Shown here: piece by piece, positions 1-12,744 of the stretch | How positions within the stretch are numbered: position 1 is the first letter of the stretch | How the letters are laid out: each line of letters starts with the position of its first letter | NCBI RefSeq assembly: GCF_006345805.1 | Contig: NC_043010.1 | Location: forward strand, 4,526,001 to 4,590,000 | Origin: Octopus sinensis | Taxonomy: Eukaryota | Length of the DNA: 64,000 nucleotides | Reading direction: 5' to 3' | Notes under the pieces: generated by a model | Database searches by the model: none | The model's input: the letters and a program-made list of their open reading frames with translations, nothing else | Told to the model about the DNA's origin: nothing | Position numbers and translations under genes: made by a program

Positions 1-301
1 GAAGACAATTGAGCAGGGTTACACACAGTGGACTGGAACCAAAAACCATGCAGTTACAAAAAGAAAATTCATTACTACATGGCCATTTTGCATGTATAAT
101 TGTGTGTGTGCATGTGTGTCAGTGTGTGCATGTGTGTCAGTGTATACACACAATTCAGTATTCACAAAACAAAATCTAAATAGGAGCCAACTATAGGGTA
201 AATAATGGTAAGTAAAGTTTTATTAGTTTTAGTTTTAAAAAAACACAAACTATGCTTTCACTTTGTTACAGGGTTTTCCAGAAACTGATAATATTTTAAA
301 T

Positions 302-406
302 CACAGCATAAATTATATCAGACACAGCATAAATTATATCAGACACAGCATAAATTATATCAGACACAGCATAAATTATATCAGACACAGCATAAATTGT
401 GTCAGG
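302..406. repeat. 21-bp minisatellite, 5 copies (CACAGCATAAATTATATCAGA)
   Basis: Four exact units starting at 302, 323, 344 and 365, and a fifth diverged unit at 386; explains the HSINYIR repeat in ORF 263..475. Confidence 0.95.
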
Positions 407-931
407 CAATTCGAAGCATACAAAGCAAATTTCAATACAATACAGTTAGTTAAGAAGGATGGAGTGACCACATGAATTTCCATGAAAAATTACATCCATT
501 GAAAATAAAGAATGAAGAAAGCATCAATTGATAGAGAAAAGAAGAATCACAGACTGAAGCACGTTACGTCATTGTCATCATCTACAGAGAATTGTATACA
601 CAAAACCACTCAGAAAGATAATAATTACAGGTAAATAAAATAAGTGGAAAATAAATATCCAGGTAAATTAATTACATAATGATTATTGTTTTTACATAGG
701 CATGAGGCCACTTAGTTACAAATCCTTTGATGAAACGAAGCAAATATACACCTGTTGGAGTTGGCATTTTGCTAAAATATATTAATTACTTTGCTGATTT
801 GTATTGAGTTGTTTATGTAGTTTTGCAAACAGTCCATTTTCTTATCAAACAAAGAGGAATTAATAAGGGATTAGTAATCCAGGTGAAATAAGCCATTTTT
901 CTGCGTATCATATTTGTGTATACGTATAGAC

Positions 932-986
<55 letters not shown>

Positions 987-1261
987 TACACATACACACA
1001 CACACACACATGCACGTACATATTCAGCAATGAATAGCTGGTAATGACATGTTGAAACAATTGTTCTGATATGCTACAAAACATGTTCAATCCATCTGCT
1101 CTTATGAATATTTTTGTATAAACTATGGATATTTACAGATTTCCTCATGCATATCCAGTGACAGAAAATATCCGACTGTAACACGGCAATAGCATTTGGT
1201 ACCTGATAAGCACAGTAATTTTTCTTCTAACTCAGATTTTATATATGTATATATATGTATA

Positions 1262-1320
<59 letters not shown>

Positions 1321-1326
1321 TATATA

Positions 1327-1375
<49 letters not shown>

Positions 1376-1403
1376 TATATGTATATGTATGTATGTATAT
1401 ATG

Positions 1404-1455
<52 letters not shown>

Positions 1456-1615
1456 TATATGTGTATATATATATGTATATATATATGTGTGTGTATATAT
1501 ATATATATATATTATATATATATATATATCTTTATATGTATATATATTTATGTATATATATATATATTTGTATAGACACATACACACACATATTGTGCCT
1601 ATATATATGTATGTA

Positions 1616-1650
<35 letters not shown>

Positions 1651-2142
1651 AATGAAAGTAGCAGTCCAAAGTGGTGGTCAGGAGGGGGTTGCCTTGTGCT
1701 AATCTCATCTGGCTTTTCACAGTTTGAGTTTAGAGATTATTCTGGATACAGTCTCTCAGGAAGTCCTTTAGCAAATGCCCAGATATTTCTTTAGCTTAAC
1801 AATCTGCATGACAGCACACCGTGTGGGAAGGGAGAGTGAGGGTCCGCACAGAACTATGTGGTAAAAAGAAAACAATAAAAATATATATATTCTTATGCTT
1901 ATGCACTTACATGTGTGTGTGAGAATATATGTATGTGTGCGTATATATATATATATATATACATACATACACACACATATATGTATATATATATATATAT
2001 ATCATTACCATCATTTGATGTCCATATCTCATGATGATAATGATTTATATTTACATACATATCTGTGTGTGTATATATGTTTGTGTGTGTGTGTGTACAT
2101 ATACATGTATATATATATATGTAGTTATAAATATATAGTTTT

Positions 2143-2188
<46 letters not shown>

Positions 2189-2191
<3 letters not shown>

Positions 2192-2362
2192 GTAAGGTAT
2201 ACTAGCCATCTCAATATGGCTAACCACTAAGAGTGGGTGTTACTGTAGCTTGTAGCCCCAGGAGATCATCGTCTCCAGCTGGCTTTAGGCACTCTTTCTG
2301 TGCCCTTTGCAAATACCATAAGAGTGGTTAGACATATTGAGATGGCTAGTATAGCTTACATT
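2189..2362. mobile_element. Fold-back / MITE-like element with ~40-bp inverted repeats
   Basis: AATGTAAGGTATACTAGCCATCTCAATATGGCTAACCACT at left is the near-perfect reverse complement of AGTGGTTAGACATATTGAGATGGCTAGTATAGCTTACATT at right; inserted next to (TA)n. Confidence 0.7.
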
Positions 2363-2689
2363 GTCGTGCAGTTACTGTTTATATCTCGTTCAGAGATTTA
2401 TTATTGCTACATATATATAGTTATACACACATATATATATATATGCATATATACATACATATATACATACATGCACTATCACATACACACACTCACACAC
2501 ACACATATGTATATGTATATATAAATGCATAAAATACATATTTACAATACAGCATAGATAAAGACTTAAATAAATTTAAATATCACAGAACGTCATTAAG
2601 TGAAAATGAAAACTTCTTATTCTCTAGAAGCAATGTATTTACTGTCTTATTCATTTCACAATTAGACTTTATAATATTTAAGTTTATTG

Positions 2690-3040
2690 TAGTTCCATTT
2701 CGGAGACCCCCTTCTGTCACGACACAGACCATGGGATTGCACCTAGAAAGTTACCCTCCTAGACACAAGTCCGGGCGAGGTTGTTTATGGAAGACCAGCA
2801 GTCACCCATGGATACCAGCCTCCCCTCTCCACGCCACCAGTGTTATCCAAGGGAAAGACAAAGGTTGATAGGGCTTGGCACCAGTGGTGTCGCAACTCAT
2901 TTCTACAGCTGAGTGAACTGGAGCAACGTGAAATAAAGTGCCTTGCTCAAGAACACAGCACGCAGCCCGGTCCGGGATTCGAGCTCACAACCTCACGATC
3001 GTAAGCTCAACGCTCTAACCACTGAGCCATGCGCCTTCCA
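2690..3040 (-). mobile_element. tRNA-derived SINE (family D)
   Basis: Minus strand starts GGAAGGCGCATGGCTCAGTGGTTAGAGC (A box) ... GCTCGAATCC (B box). Degenerate relatives at ~26230-26400, ~44550-44680 and ~59120-59360. Confidence 0.8.
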
Positions 3041-3391
3041 TTTATTCATAGTGTATTGTACATAAATAAATATTGTATCATTAATGGCAAATATTAAAGG
3101 CACAAGTATACAAAATAGGTTATCTGTAAGATGTTTGCTTAAATCATGACTGCTTTATAGGCAACTGGTCAATGCTATTGATTGGGAAAACAAGGTGGTT
3201 ACAGTTTCTCTGTGGAGCCGTCTAAAAGTCATGTGATGGTCTGTCAGGAGATTCTCTCCATCTCCTTTCCCCTCCTATCGCTAGTACAGAAAGAATATGT
3301 TTACGTCTTTATTTAACTCACAGTACTGCTTTTAAATTTCTGAATACATACATACGTACATACATGCATGCAGACATACATATATATATAT

Positions 3392-3751
3392 GATTCCCAA
3401 CAATTCAACTTCTCTGGTTGACTTTAAGAACCCCATCCCTAATAGGGGCCTTAGCTCCCACATTTTAGAGCTCCATGAGCTTCATTTTTAAGGAGCAAAA
3501 TCCTTTGAATAGGTTTGATAAGATTTGGATTTTGGAATCTGGGCATAAAGATGTGTAGTATAGGATAAATACATCATGATTAGAATTTTTGCTAGGGTGT
3601 GTATAGAGGGAAAGAACCCTCATTAAAATTCTTAATCTCCACTTTTGATGAAATTTGAATCACAGGTATTCCAGTTCATTAGAGAAAATATAAAGAAAAG
3701 TCTAATTCTTCAATTCCATGTGACACAGGCAATGCTGGATATCTCTGCTAG
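3392..3751 (+). mobile_element. Possible non-autonomous Helitron-like element
   Basis: Ends in a weak GC hairpin followed by CTAG|T (GGCAATGCTGGATATCTCTGCTAGT), resembling the terminus at 23035-23063; 5' boundary uncertain. Confidence 0.4.
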
Positions 3752-3813
3752 TATATATATATATATATATATATACATCTGCTAGTATATATATATGTAT
3801 ATACATCTGCTAG

Positions 3814-3861
<48 letters not shown>

Positions 3862-3889
3862 TACATGCACACATATGTACATATATATT

Positions 3890-5069
3890 ACTGCATCACT
3901 GCCTTGACCAGACCATTGGATGCTGCTATACACACACTGGTCAAAATGTACCATACCTCTGGGAATTGAAACCATGATCTTGCAGAGTGCAGCGCACTTA
4001 TCAGACACACATGCGCATGCACATACACACGCAAGCTTACAGCAACAAAGCAATTGGTTGTACACAATGTTTCGAGTGGCACAGGTGCCTGAAAAGTAGA
4101 AGTACATCCATTTGAAGACAATGTGCAATCTGGAAGACCTACCATGTGCGTCACCTCCAGAAATATGGAGAAAATTCATTAGCTTGTATATGAGGATCGT
4201 CAGAGGACAACGAATAATGTTTTGAAGCATTTGGGGGAGGACATTCAATGAAAGTGACCGGATCAGTGGAGCATGAAGAATTGGATTCTTCATGACTATG
4301 CACCCTGACACTGAGCTCTCCTCACTCATGAATTCCTCTCCAAAAACAACATGGTATCACTTCTGCACCTGCCCCATTCACCAGATTTGGCACCTACAGG
4401 CTTCCATGTCTTCCCAAGATGAAAATGCAGCTCAAAGGTTGCTGTTTTAACACCATTGTTGAGATCCAGTGTGAATTGGAGAAGCTCCTCAACTTGCTTA
4501 TGGAAGACAACTTCCAGGCCAGATTCCAAAAGTAGCAGAGACACTGGGACCTGTGTATTGCTGTGCAAGGTGACTATTTCGAAGGAGATGATGTTAAAAC
4601 TCAGATAGATTACTCTTTTTACTCTTTTACTCTTTTACTTGTTTCAGTCATTTGACTGTGGCCATGCTGGAGCACCGCCTTTAATCAAGCAAATCGCCCC
4701 CGGGACTTATTCTTTGTAAGCCTAGTACTCTCTTTTGCCGAACCGCTAAGTGACGGGGACGTAAACACACCAGCATCGGTTATCAAGCAATGCTAGGGGC
4801 ACAAACACAGACACACAAACACACACACACATATATATACATATATACGACAGGCTTCTTTCAGTTTCCGTCTACCAAATCCACTCACAAGGCATTGGTC
4901 GGACCGGGGCTACAGCAGAAGACACTTGCCCAAGATGCCATGCAGTGGGACTGAACCCGGAACCAAGTGGTTGGTTAGCAAGCTGCTTACCACACAGCCA
5001 CTCCTGCACCTATTTGATCATATTTTATTAAACATAACTAGTCCACGAACTTTTTGATACCACCTCATA
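3890..5069 (+). mobile_element. Degenerate, internally deleted mariner transposon interrupted by a SINE
   Basis: Frameshifted + strand translation gives WILHD.AP, EFLSKNNMVSLLHLPHSPDLAP (YSPDLAP motif) and QGDYFEGD. Probable 3' TIR GAACTTTTTGATACCACCTCATA ends at 5069. Confidence 0.8.
4611..5010 (-). mobile_element. tRNA-derived SINE (family A, ~400 bp)
   Basis: Head GGTGCAGGAGTGGCTGTGTGGTAAG...GGTTCAGTCCC, core CTTGGGCAAGTGTCTTCT, internal (TA)/(TG) tract, tail GCTCCAGCATGGCC..TGACTGAAACAAGTAAAAGAG. More than 10 copies in the window. Confidence 0.9.
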
Positions 5070-5099
5070 CATATATTACACCAGCACGAGCCCTCAGTT

Positions 5100-5510
5100 G
5101 GGAGGTCCTTCTCTTGAGGGCTTATGGGTGCTGGTGTCATATAAAAAGCACTTGTGCTGATGTTATGTAAAAGCACCTGTGCCAATATTACATAAAAGTG
5201 TCCATGCCGGTGCCACATAAAAACGCTTGCTGATGTCACTTAAAAGTGCCTGTGCCGGTGTCACACAACAGCATCCATTCCAGTGGCATGTAAAAGCACC
5301 TGTACCAGTTCTACATAAAAGCGCCCATGCTGTTGCCACATAAAAAGCACCCAGTGCATTCTGTGAAGTGGTTGACATTAGGAAGATCAACCAGCTGTAG
5401 AAATCATGCCGAAACAGACAATTGGAATCTGGGCAGCTCCCCAGTTGGCTAGCTCCTGTCAAACCTTCCCACCCATGCCAGTAGGGGAAGCAGGCATTTT
5501 ATTGTGGATG
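5100..5510 (+). mobile_element. Retroposon (family E) with internal ~30-bp subrepeats and (GAT)n-type tail
   Basis: Repeated TAAAAGCACC/GTGCC units, then ATTAGGAAG..CCAGCTGTAGAAA..CCAACCCATGC-like motifs. Relatives at ~18320-18480, 19545-19705, 41575-41690, 46860-47310 and 50650-50850. Confidence 0.6.
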
Positions 5511-6250
5511 ATATATCACAATGTTATCTTACATAATTCTTTAACTTATTATCTTGCTGCATGTTTCCTCATAATATAATTAAATACATGAAACTTATAA
5601 AGAATTTAAATTCAGCAGATTTGTACAAGAAAGACATTTTAAACCTACTTTATAAATATATCACAAGCATCTCCATACATTCATAACTAACCTCAATGAC
5701 AAAGGAAAGAAACAAAAACAAAAAATCGTTTGGAGAATAAATGAAACTCACAAATTTATAGACAAACAGAGAAATTGAACATAAAAGTGACTAATAGCAA
5801 TTTATGTCGATAAGTTAAACAATAGACCCGTATGTTTGACAGTTTAACAATAGATAAACAAATAGAGAAAAATGAAATTAAAGTCAAATGAATAATAAAA
5901 TAAATAAAAGAAAGACATCTAATAACTCACCAATGACTAATACTCATAACTAATATTCAAACAGTTGCAGTGGAATGATGCCAATGACCGAAATTTTAAC
6001 ATCATAGGAAGTCAGAAGATAGATGAATATCACAGGTATTGTATGGACTAAAATGGCTCTTCTATGAAGTAATTCCTCTAACTGCCTGTCTATATCATCA
6101 TCATCATCATCATTACCTCCACCAACACCACCTCCACCAACACTACCTCCACCAACATGACCTCCACCAACACCAACACCTGTTTTTGGGAAGAATCACC
6201 CAGCTCAGAGAAACTAAGTTCTGGGAGTGGTGTGTGTGTGTGTGTGTATG

Positions 6251-6326
<76 letters not shown>

Positions 6327-7039
6327 AAAGTGTATGTACGCCACTATATATATATATAAATTACAAAATGGGACAAGAACGCAAAACATCCGGACAGTTA
6401 GGTGATACAAAAAGGGACAACAAAACATCCAGATAGACGATACAAAAAAAAACAAGGACGGGTCATACGAAGCTTTCTATCCTCAATCAAGAACTGGATC
6501 ATCTTTGCAATTTCAGCTGATTAATCTTGAGATTGCTCCAATGTGGCCAGCCCCAAGGAAAAACTAAACTAAGAGCATTAGATTCCTTGGAAGAAAGCAT
6601 CGAATGTATACGAAAACAAGGATGGAAAAACAGACGATGTTACACAAATATGAATACAAAATATAATATCTCTGCCTGCCGTAAGGCTTCATTTCCACAC
6701 ACACCAGCTGAATTCAATTTGTCCACAGTCGAAAGACACCTGTTGTTATGTCCTGTTATTATTATTATTATTTTTATTGTACTTTCATTGTGTGACATGT
6801 TAAGGATTCTGCTTGGTGGTGAGTTGGCAAAATCATTGGCCCACTGGAGAATATGCTTAACTGTGTTTTGTCTGTCTTCATATTCTTTGTTCAAATTCCG
6901 CTGAGGTCAACTTTGCCTTACATCATTTTGGGGTCAAGAAAATAAATGCCAGTCGAACACTGGGGTTAATGCAATCAACTAGTCCCCTCTCCACAAATTT
7001 CAGACTTTGTTACCAAAGTAGAAAGGACCATCATCATCA

Positions 7040-7099
<60 letters not shown>

Positions 7100-7124
7100 A
7101 TTATTATTGTTGTTATTATTATTG

Positions 7125-7665
7125 AGAGAGCAGTGCATACCATCAAAGTGACTCTAGGGTAAAATATATAAAGCCCAGTATACCCACCATGACTACCCGT
7201 CTGATAAGGGTACACCAGGCACATGCATCACAACCATGTGTGCGTGACATGGTAATCTCATATCATGATAAACAGAGCAGGTGGGACCCAGTTAGAATTT
7301 TCTTCAGGTCGAGTGGCCCATCCCGCTCAAAAGGTCCCTGAATAAGGGTTGTTTAAGGATGTTGAACATAACACCCATGTTTTTCAAGGGTGAATTGTCC
7401 AAATCCTAAAGAATTCCTTTCAACACGTGGCTATGATGCTCCCCCACTACTTCTCCTCGTGATCGGAGATGCACGTATCGTCAGCCACTAAGGGACATGG
7501 TCAACTGGTTAAGGTCAAACAACTGGCAGTAGAATATTTGCTGTAGCCCATCTTTTATGCCAAGACAAAACAATGTACATGATAACACTTCCAATCAGTT
7601 AAGATCAGAAGCCACGAGAGCCACTGCTTAGTTCTGCATCAGGCATATTATACTGTATCAGGGCA
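7125..7665. repeat. Unclassified interspersed repeat flanked by (TTA)n tracts (probable non-LTR retroelement 3' end)
   Basis: GC-richer block bounded by long (TTA)n arrays, no intact ORF. Classification is inference. Confidence 0.35.
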
Positions 7666-7693
7666 TTTATTATTATTATTATTATTATTATTA

Positions 7694-7742
<49 letters not shown>

Positions 7743-7748
7743 TTTATT

Positions 7749-7779
<31 letters not shown>

Positions 7780-8079
7780 GTGGTGGTGGTGTCATCATCG
7801 TCGTCATCATCATCATCACCCCACCCCCACCTCCAGAATTTCAAGCCTCCTCCCTTATATTAAAAACAACTAGAGAGCAGTCAGTCTCTATTGTAATTAT
7901 TGGAGCATTAGAAAAAAAAAAGTAAATAAATAACTGCTTTGTATTTATTGTAGCTCTTTTCATACTAAATTCAAGTATCACCAAAGTCAACCCTGCCCTT
8001 CATCCTTTAACATACCAGGTGAGTACTTAAACAAGAAAAATCCTGTGGAAATGTTACCTATGTTCTACATTATTATATT

Positions 8080-8460
8080 GTGCAGAAACGTGGGCATAGA
8101 TGAAAACTCTGAAAAACCAAAACCTTTTGCAATTTGGATGTATAGAAGGATGTTAAGAATATCTTGGACAAAATGTAAAACTTATGAAGAAGTGCTACAA
8201 CAAGCAAATACTAAAAAGATCATTATTCTCAACTATTAAAAAACAGTAAGCTAAAATACAATGGTTCCATTGTAAGGGAACAAAGCATACGAAGACTATT
8301 ATTAAAAGGAAAGATGACAAATGCTCAGGAGAAGGACAGAACAAACTAATTTGTTAATGTCAAGGACAGAATTGACATAGGAAGGATATGTAAGAATGAC
8401 AGAGGAAGACCCAAATGGAGATCCTTGATATTCAACATGCTACATGTAGCTGACAAAGGA
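8080..8460 (+). mobile_element. RTE-clade LINE ORF2 C-terminal fragment
   Basis: FAIWMYRRMLRISWTKCKTYEEVLQQANTK matches the RTE motif (F)E.W..RR.L.ISW....NEEVL; frameshifted. Confidence 0.75.
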
Positions 8461-8486
8461 AGAAATATCTAAATTAAAAACAATAA

Positions 8487-8875
8487 TACTCTTTTACTTG
8501 TTTCAGTCATTTGACTGTGGCCATGCTGGAACACCACCTTTAGTCGAGCAACTCGACCCCGGGACTTATTCTTTGTAAGCCCAGTACTTATTCTATCGGT
8601 CTCTTTTGCCGAACCGCTAAGTAACGGGGACATAAACACACCAGCATCGGTTGTCAAGCAATGCTAGGGGAACAAACACAGACACACAAACACACACACG
8701 CATATATATACATATATACGACGGGCTTCTTTCAGTTTCCATCTACCAAATCCACTCACAAGGCTTTGGTCGGCCCGAGGCTTAGTAGAAGACACTTGCC
8801 CAAGGTGCCACGCAGTGGGACTGAACCCGGAACCATGTGGTTGGTAAACAAGCTACTTACCACACAGCCACTCCT
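8487..8875 (-). mobile_element. SINE family A
   Basis: Same head, core and tail as 4611-5010. Confidence 0.9.
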
Positions 8876-9184
8876 AACTGTCATTGGGATGGAGGATTGC
8901 CAGGATCATTAGAGCATTTAATGAAAAGCTTTTCCCTATTTGTTGTGTTTTATCTTTTCTTTTTTTTTTTTGAGGTAAGATCTCACCTGGGTCAACATTG
9001 CCTTTCATCTTTCCAGGGCTGGTCAAATAAGTTACCAGAAAAGTAAAGTGGGGTGATTTAATCACCCAACACTGTACCCCAAATTTTAGGATTTGTGCTT
9101 ATGCTTCCTACGGAAACATTATCCTTTCTTTCACTGTCAGTTTTCATTCTTCAGTTGCTGTTGTTATTATTATTGTTGTCAAAG

Positions 9185-9850
9185 GGGCAGTGGGTTACTA
9201 TAATCATTGGCATGCCAGTCAAAATGCTTAGCTGCATTTCACCAATCTTTGTGTTCTGAGTTCAAATTCCACCAAGGTCACCTGTGCCTTTCATCCTTTC
9301 GGGGTTGATAAAGCAAGTACCTATTGAGAACTGAGGCTGATGTAATTGACTCACCCTTTTCCCAAAATTTCAGGACTTGTACCTATTGTAGAAAGGATTA
9401 TTATTGTTGCTTAGAAAGCAGTGAGGTGGCAGAATCATTAACATGCCAGACAAAATGCTTACTGTCATTTCATTCATCTTTACATTCAGAGTTCAAATTG
9501 TACTGGGGTCAACTTTGCCTCTTACCCTTTTATAGTTGATAAAATAAAAGCTAGTTGAGCACAGGGGTTGTTGTAATTGACTTGCCTCCTCCCTTGAAAT
9601 TTCAAGCCTAAGGCCGATAGTAGAGAGGATTATTATTGCCATTAAGGAAAGGAGCCAGTAGAATTGTTAGTGAATCAGTACTTAATGGTATTCGTGCTGA
9701 CCCTTTAAATTCTGAGTTTAAATGCTGCCAAGTTCAACTTTACCTTTCAGACATTCAGGACTGGTAAAATGAGTACCAGTCATGGACTGAGGTTGATGTA
9801 ATAAATTTCTTCTTCCCTTCAAAATTGTTGCCCTTGAACCAATATTAAAC
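9185..9850 (+). mobile_element. Three consecutive old copies of SINE family B
   Basis: Three successive GAGTTCAAAT...GTCAACTTTGCCT..CATCC...AGTACC blocks. Another old copy at ~6812-7020. Confidence 0.7.
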
Positions 9851-10195
9851 AAGAGCACTCAGAGAGTGCAAACCTCTACCAAGGCAACACCAACGTCCTC
9901 TCAACGATTAGCCAGAGAGGATTTTTAAACTGGGAACATCTGAAATAAACTCAAGTGCCCTCACAAATGAGAATACTAAAAATGAACCCAACTTCTCTCA
10001 AAAATTAAGTAAAAACAGCGAAAAAATAATTCAGAATCCTTGTTCCATACCAGATCAGTTCATGCCAGTCACGAGGCCACACATCCCTGAAAGTTTCATC
10101 TGAATCTATCCAGCAGTTCTTGAGATATTTTGACAAAAGACAAACAAAGGTGACTGAAAACAATACTTCTGCTTTTGCTAAGGTGGAGGTAAAAA
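9847..10195 (+). mobile_element. Helentron-associated non-autonomous element (HINE-like)
   Basis: Starts AAACAAGAGCACTC..AACCTCTACCAAGG, has AAAGTTTCATC...TTCTTGAGATAT, and ends with hairpin ACTTCTGCTTTTGCTAAGGTGGAGGT before an A-run. Family assignment is from remembered architecture. Confidence 0.55.
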
Positions 10196-10916
10196 CTGTT
10201 AATACCATCATCGCTTATTGTAAGTCAGCTCCAACCAAGCATTATGACTTGGTGTATTCCAACCATGAATAGTTCATATTTTCTACAACCATATTTCAAC
10301 CTGACTACAATAATGTTCTTCCTTGTTTGAGATAGTAGAACAGTAGATGTATTTTGAGGAAGATTCGGTTGCTATTTCTAGCTAATGGAACAAACAGAGC
10401 TTTCTCTCTTTTCCTCTCTCTCTCTCTATCTCTCTTCTCTTCCATAGAAACACCTGGTGGTTCGTTTCCTGTTTAGTTTCTTAATATCACATATTACCAC
10501 TCCCACTTTCTTCTGCTATTTCCAGACCAGTCACTCAGTGCTTTGTATGACTCTGTCTACTGAATTATTACACCATTCTAATTGTTTGGCTTGGCAATTG
10601 CACCGTCAACAAAACAGGACACCAGCTTCTAATTAGGGTCCCTTAGCAATAAAATATGTATATGCGTGTATGTGTCTGCACATGCATGCACTTATATATA
10701 TGTGCATGTGCATGTGCATATATGTATACACACATATATATATGCACGTATGTATGTATATATATGTATGCATATATGTATGTATATATATATATATGCA
10801 TGTATGTGTGTATACATATATGTATATATATATATTTATGTCATATACATATTTACATATATATTTATATATATATATATATATACGCGAGAAAGAAGCA
10901 ACAAGAATGGATAGGT

Positions 10917-11004
10917 TTTTAGTACAATCGTTTCATACAAGGACAGGCTTTATTAAAAGTTGCAAAAATTAGCATATAAACGTGTCCGTACTCATCAGCT
11001 AAAA
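10917..11004 (-). ncRNA. Type I hammerhead ribozyme motif, intact core
   Basis: Minus strand reads UUUUAG-CUGAUGA-GUACGGACA..loop..UGUCCUUGUAU-GAAA-C-GAUU-G-UA-CUAAAA. Stem I UUUUAG/CUAAAA; predicted cleavage after GUA. Confidence 0.75.
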
Positions 11005-12653
11005 TACATGTGGAGTTCTCTAGACATCCTAGTGGTTGCGGCTATACTCATGAAGTAATGTAGATAATAAGTAACCTAAAAACAGATTCCAAAGTTCATT
11101 AAAGTTCTTTAAAGATGATGTACAGCATAGAAGAAAACATAGAAACTTATTGAATAACCATATCGAACTAGGTCAAGTTTGTGTCCACGCTAAATTGAAG
11201 ACTTTAAAATATTTTAAATGATAGAATATTCGTAACTAGATAGATAGATATAACTGATTTCTATAGTATAGCACTGCTTTAAGTAGATAACTAGAGTTCT
11301 CACACTACAGTATCTTTTTCCTTATATATGCATCAGTTTTTTGAGAACAGGGAAATGAATAGTACTTATACGCTGCTTAATGAGGCTTTATTAATTTCAA
11401 ACTCATAATTTTTAATTCTTAATTTTAAATCTAATTGTAATTTTTAATTTTAATTCCTAACTTAATCTATTTAAGTAGCATAACTCTAATAAAATAAAAT
11501 GAGTTACTATAGCCCCATAATGCTATTTCAAAATTAAATAAATAAGGCTACCCCCTCGGTGATAATATGATTATCTTCATTATGATAGACAATCCCTAAC
11601 ACCTTGGAAATGATCTTCTAAGATTTGACCTGTAGTCCGTCAATGTATGAATATAACGGCCAACCCTTAAGACAATAAAATGAATAAATTAAATAAGTAA
11701 ATTTAATGACTTTTTGATAAGATTATACTTAGATTTTCCTAATGTATTTTCTTTTGATTTTAGAATCTGACCCCTAAACCCTGACTGTGTTATCTCTTTA
11801 GATTCTCTTTTAATTCATAGCTGATTCAACAGCAATAAATTAGTGTTTTACTGGTCAAAGAAAATATTCTCCTATGTTCCTAGATGCCTTAAATTAAAAC
11901 AGACTTGCTGTCTACTAATTCTTCTGTATAACTAGAACCCTCTTTTTTCTTTTTCTTTTTTCCTTCTTTCCCTATTTCTTTCTCTTTTCTCTTTTTTCTT
12001 TTTCTTCTTCTTATTCTCTTTTTCCTTTTCTCTTCTCTTTTAGTCCCCTTTCCCCCCCTTTTTGCTCCCTCCTCCTTTATTTTCTCTCTTTTCTTCTATT
12101 CCCTTCCCTTTTCTATTCTTTGCCTCTCTAGAAAGCCCTTCAGCCTTTAAAAGTTAAATAGCTACAGCCTCTTGTAAATGCAGTAATGTGATTAATGTGG
12201 CAAATACCTAATCATATAACAGAATTGATACCTACCTCATTGTGTTCAACCATTGATAAATTTATCGCCTGTGAATAGAAAATTCCTCTTCATTTCTCTG
12301 GAAATTTACATCTACACCACTGGAAATTGTGCATCTATACAAGGATTAATTCACCCTCTCTGTAATGCTAATAAGCAGGAATTGAGACCACCTCGTTGTG
12401 ATTAACAATGGATAAATTTGTCTTCTGTGAGTATGTAATCCCTCATCATATCTCTGGAAATTCATATGGCACTATGGATTAGGTCACCTTCTCTGTGATG
12501 CTATTAAAACTTTATTTAAATTCTGTGATAAGACTGTACATCATCTTTAAAGAACTTTAATGAACTTTGGGAAATCGTATGTTACTTAATTATCTACACA
12601 TTACTTCATGAGTATAGCCTCAACCACTAGGATGTCTAGAGAACTCACATGTA

Positions 12654-12744
12654 TTTTAGCTGATGAGTACGGGACACGTTTATATGCTGTAATTTTTGCA
12701 ACTTTTAATAAAGCCTGTCCTTGTATGAAACGATTGTACTAAAA
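12654..12744 (+). ncRNA. Type I hammerhead ribozyme motif, intact core
   Basis: TTTTAG (12654-59), CTGATGA (12660-66), stem II GTACGGGACA/TGTCCTTGTAT, GAAA (12727-30), 2-bp stem III with GATT loop, GTA (12736-38), CTAAAA (12739-44). Confidence 0.78.

Noticed and set aside
302-406. CRISPR-like appearance of the regular repeat
   Set aside because: No spacers, eukaryotic context, no cas genes; it is a minisatellite.
1768-1880. Strong-looking minus-strand acceptor at 1854 as a distal protocadherin exon (VLCGPSLSLPTRC...)
   Set aside because: Phase-compatible, but there is no recognisable motif and such acceptors are frequent in AT-rich DNA; needs RNA evidence.
813-2524. ORFs rich in YI/CV/HT dipeptides, here and throughout the window
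   Set aside because: Translations of (TA)n, (TG)n and (TATG)n microsatellites; no coding signal.
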